In this document: in pieces, positions 61,841-64,000 of the stretch | Numbering within the stretch: the stretch's first letter is position 1 | Layout of the letters: the number at the start of each line of letters is the position of its first letter | NCBI GenBank assembly: GCA_965218585.1 | Contig: CBDCLE010000026.1 | Location: 224,001-288,000 of the forward strand | Length of the DNA stretch: 64,000 nucleotides | Source: Terriglobia bacterium | GTDB lineage: Bacteria; Acidobacteriota; Terriglobia; 20CM-2-55-15 | Reading direction: 5' to 3' | Position numbers and translations under genes: made by a program | Notes under the pieces: model-generated | The model's database searches: none | The model's input: only the letters and a program-made list of their open reading frames with translations | What the model was told of the DNA's origin: nothing

Positions 61841-62854
61841 TCAGATTTCGGAATGTTTCGCAGTGACAGGCTTGAGGCGACTCCACCCCACTAATTCGTT
61901 CGTCTCTTCATCCCACAGACGCAGGGAAAACGCTCTGAGGCTGGTCCATAGGGTGACGGGATGGGCCTTCAGGAACAGTGGATTCTCGTCGTAACACTTT
62001 TCCAGGAAATAGTTTGGAATGCGGGGACCGAGGTGATGGATGTGGTGGAAGCCGATATTGCCGGTGAACCACTGCAACACCTTCGGCAATTTATAGTAGG
62101 AGCTGCCTTCCAGGGCCGACTGCAGGTAATCCCAATCCTTGTGCCTCTCCCAGTAGACACCTTCGAATTGATGCTGGATGTAGAACATCCAGACCCCCAC
62201 CGAAGCACTGATCATGATGACCGGCAACTGAATCAGGATATATGCCTTGAAACCGATGACGGCACTGACCAGAACGGCAGACACGAGAATGGCGAGGTTG
62301 GTTCGATACACACTTTGCCGTTCTCGTCTGGAAGGTCGGCGCAGTGGAACCCTGTACGCGATCAGAAAGAGAAGGGCTGGTCCCACAACGAACAGAAAAA
62401 AGGGATTGCGGTACAACCGGTAAAACATCTTCTCCCGGGTCGAGGCATTCTGATATTCATCCACTGTCCATGTCCAGACATCACCAATGATGCGCCGATC
62501 GAGATCACCCGATGTCGCGTGGTGGATCGCGTGATCGTATCTCCAGTAGTGATAGGGCGTGAATGCCAATGCGCCCATCACCTCACCAAGAAAATCGCTG
62601 GCCCTCTGAGATTTGAAAAACGCACCGTGCCCGCAGTCGTGAAGAATGATGAAACAGCGAACAAGAAATCCGGCTGCAAACACGGCCAGACCCAGCGTAA
62701 GCAGATAAGACACTTCCAGGCTCCGGTACATCAAATACCAGAGAACGGCATAGGGGACGAGCGTGTTGACGACCTGCCACAGGCTTCGCCACAAAACCGG
62801 CTTTTCATAAGGCCCGACCGCGTTCCGCCACGCCAACTTGTCACTTTCCCTCAT
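61841..62854 (-). CDS. Fatty acid desaturase (Des-like)
   Basis: HDCGH, HAIHH, FHHIHH His boxes. Confidence 0.92.
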   Translation of the reverse strand: MRESDKLAWRNAVGPYEKPVLWRSLWQVVNTLVPYAVLWYLMYRSLEVSYLLTLGLAVFAAGFLVRCFIILHDCGHGAFFKSQRASDFLGEVMGALAFTPYHYWRYDHAIHHATSGDLDRRIIGDVWTWTVDEYQNASTREKMFYRLYRNPFFLFVVGPALLFLIAYRVPLRRPSRRERQSVYRTNLAILVSAVLVSAVIGFKAYILIQLPVIMISASVGVWMFYIQHQFEGVYWERHKDWDYLQSALEGSSYYKLPKVLQWFTGNIGFHHIHHLGPRIPNYFLEKCYDENPLFLKAHPVTLWTSLRAFSLRLWDEETNELVGWSRLKPVTAKHSEI

Positions 62855-63019
62855 ATCAGCAGTGCGTAGCTTACCACCCTCCGGGCTTACGGCAGTCTAA
62901 GGAACCTGCAGGAGAGGATCGAAATTCTGATAAGTCCATTTATGGGAGTGGGTTACAGGCAAGAAAAGCCTCACCTTCCGGCCGCGATCGTTGCTGTCAC
63001 CCAACTCTGAGCGCGTTGC

Positions 63020-64000
63020 CTATTCTGCACCGGCCACTAGCGCTACGTCACGGTCAACGAGTGCAGGAATCCCCAGTCCAACTGCCGAAAGGTGGGATAG
63101 CTGTGACCGTGCGTCCCCGACAACAACAAAAACCATCCGCCCCGGATCGACGTAGCGGTCAGCCAGTTCCTTTATCCGCTCGAGAGTTATTTCGCGCACG
63201 ATCTGTTCCCGCTGTCTCACGTAGTCCAGAGGCAGTCCAAGCGTACTGATGTTCTCAAGCATCCCGATCTTGGCGCCCAGTGTTTCAAATCTGCGCGAAT
63301 TGCTCCGGATCAAAAAGTTACGTGTGGCTTCCAGGTCGTCCGGAGTAAATCCGTCAGAATAGTCTCTGAGGATGTCTCTGATGAGTCCGACCGACTCGGG
63401 CGTGACATTAGAACGAACACTGGTGCTGACACTGAACGGGCCGGGAATGTTGCTTCCCGAAAAACGCGACGAGATGCCGTAGGTGTATCCCTTCTGCTCC
63501 CGGAGAACCTGATTGAGCCTGGAGATGAATGCGCCCCCGAGACGCTGATTCATAACCGTCGCAGGATAGAAGTCCGCCTCAGTCTGTGCCAACCCGAGTG
63601 CCCCAACACGAATCACCGACTGGCTGGCCCCGGGAAGGTCCACGAAGAGGATCTGCGACGGCTCTGGTTCGGTGATCGGTAACTCATAGTCCGGAAAAGG
63701 GACGGCACGAGCTGCCCAACCCTCACCAAGGCCCACAAGCGAGGAGATCACCTCGCCCTTCGTGATGTCCCCCACTACGTGGATGTTGGCTACCTCGGGC
63801 GACACGTTGCGCTCGTAATATTCCCGAAGGTCTTCGATGCTGATTGACTCAACCGAACCGATCGTGCCCAGGACGTTTCGGGAGAGGATGTGTCCGGATC
63901 CGTAGATCACTCGGTTGAAGACGTTGTTGGCGATCGCGGTAGGGTTCGCCGCCTGTTGCCTGAGTCGATTGATTATCCTCTGTTTGGCGAGGACGAACTG
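63020..64000 (-). CDS. M16 family zinc peptidase, C-terminal part; starts beyond the window
   Basis: LGGAFISRLNQVLREQKGYTYG, VVVGD. Confidence 0.88.
   Translation of the reverse strand, partial: QFVLAKQRIINRLRQQAANPTAIANNVFNRVIYGSGHILSRNVLGTIGSVESISIEDLREYYERNVSPEVANIHVVGDITKGEVISSLVGLGEGWAARAVPFPDYELPITEPEPSQILFVDLPGASQSVIRVGALGLAQTEADFYPATVMNQRLGGAFISRLNQVLREQKGYTYGISSRFSGSNIPGPFSVSTSVRSNVTPESVGLIRDILRDYSDGFTPDDLEATRNFLIRSNSRRFETLGAKIGMLENISTLGLPLDYVRQREQIVREITLERIKELADRYVDPGRMVFVVVGDARSQLSHLSAVGLGIPALVDRDVALVAGAE

Noticed and set aside
1-64000. CRISPR array or cas genes
   Set aside because: No regularly spaced repeat-spacer series or Cas motifs seen; repeats are IS copies, MITEs, REPs or collagen codons

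Overview
GC-rich bacterial chromosome segment; the gene content (DUF6152, DUF1592/DUF1552, amidase-GerMN-rph-rdgB) suggests Acidobacteriota, which is an inference. 1-7.7 kb is housekeeping and envelope genes. At 7828 only the 5' half of tRNA-Pro(TGG) is present, followed by an integrase pseudogene. 7.8-36.1 kb is an IS-saturated accessory region. It holds a nested stack (MITE > IS1-family cargo transposon > IS256 and IS1380 inside a ClpP/SDH-like protease gene), three near-identical IS256 copies, two other IS256, IS6, IS1182, IS701 and further MITEs. In the middle sits an apparently intact 10-gene PspA / polyamine / K+-channel cluster (21.1-30.0 kb), the best candidate for a poorly characterised system. 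36.3-64 kb is ordinary metabolic and signalling genes, plus a candidate ECF-driven sRNA, a MITE that detaches a cupredoxin start codon, and GTAG REPs. A homologous three-way-junction structure lies near one end of two different IS256 elements. All calls come from reading motifs by eye; no database searches were run.
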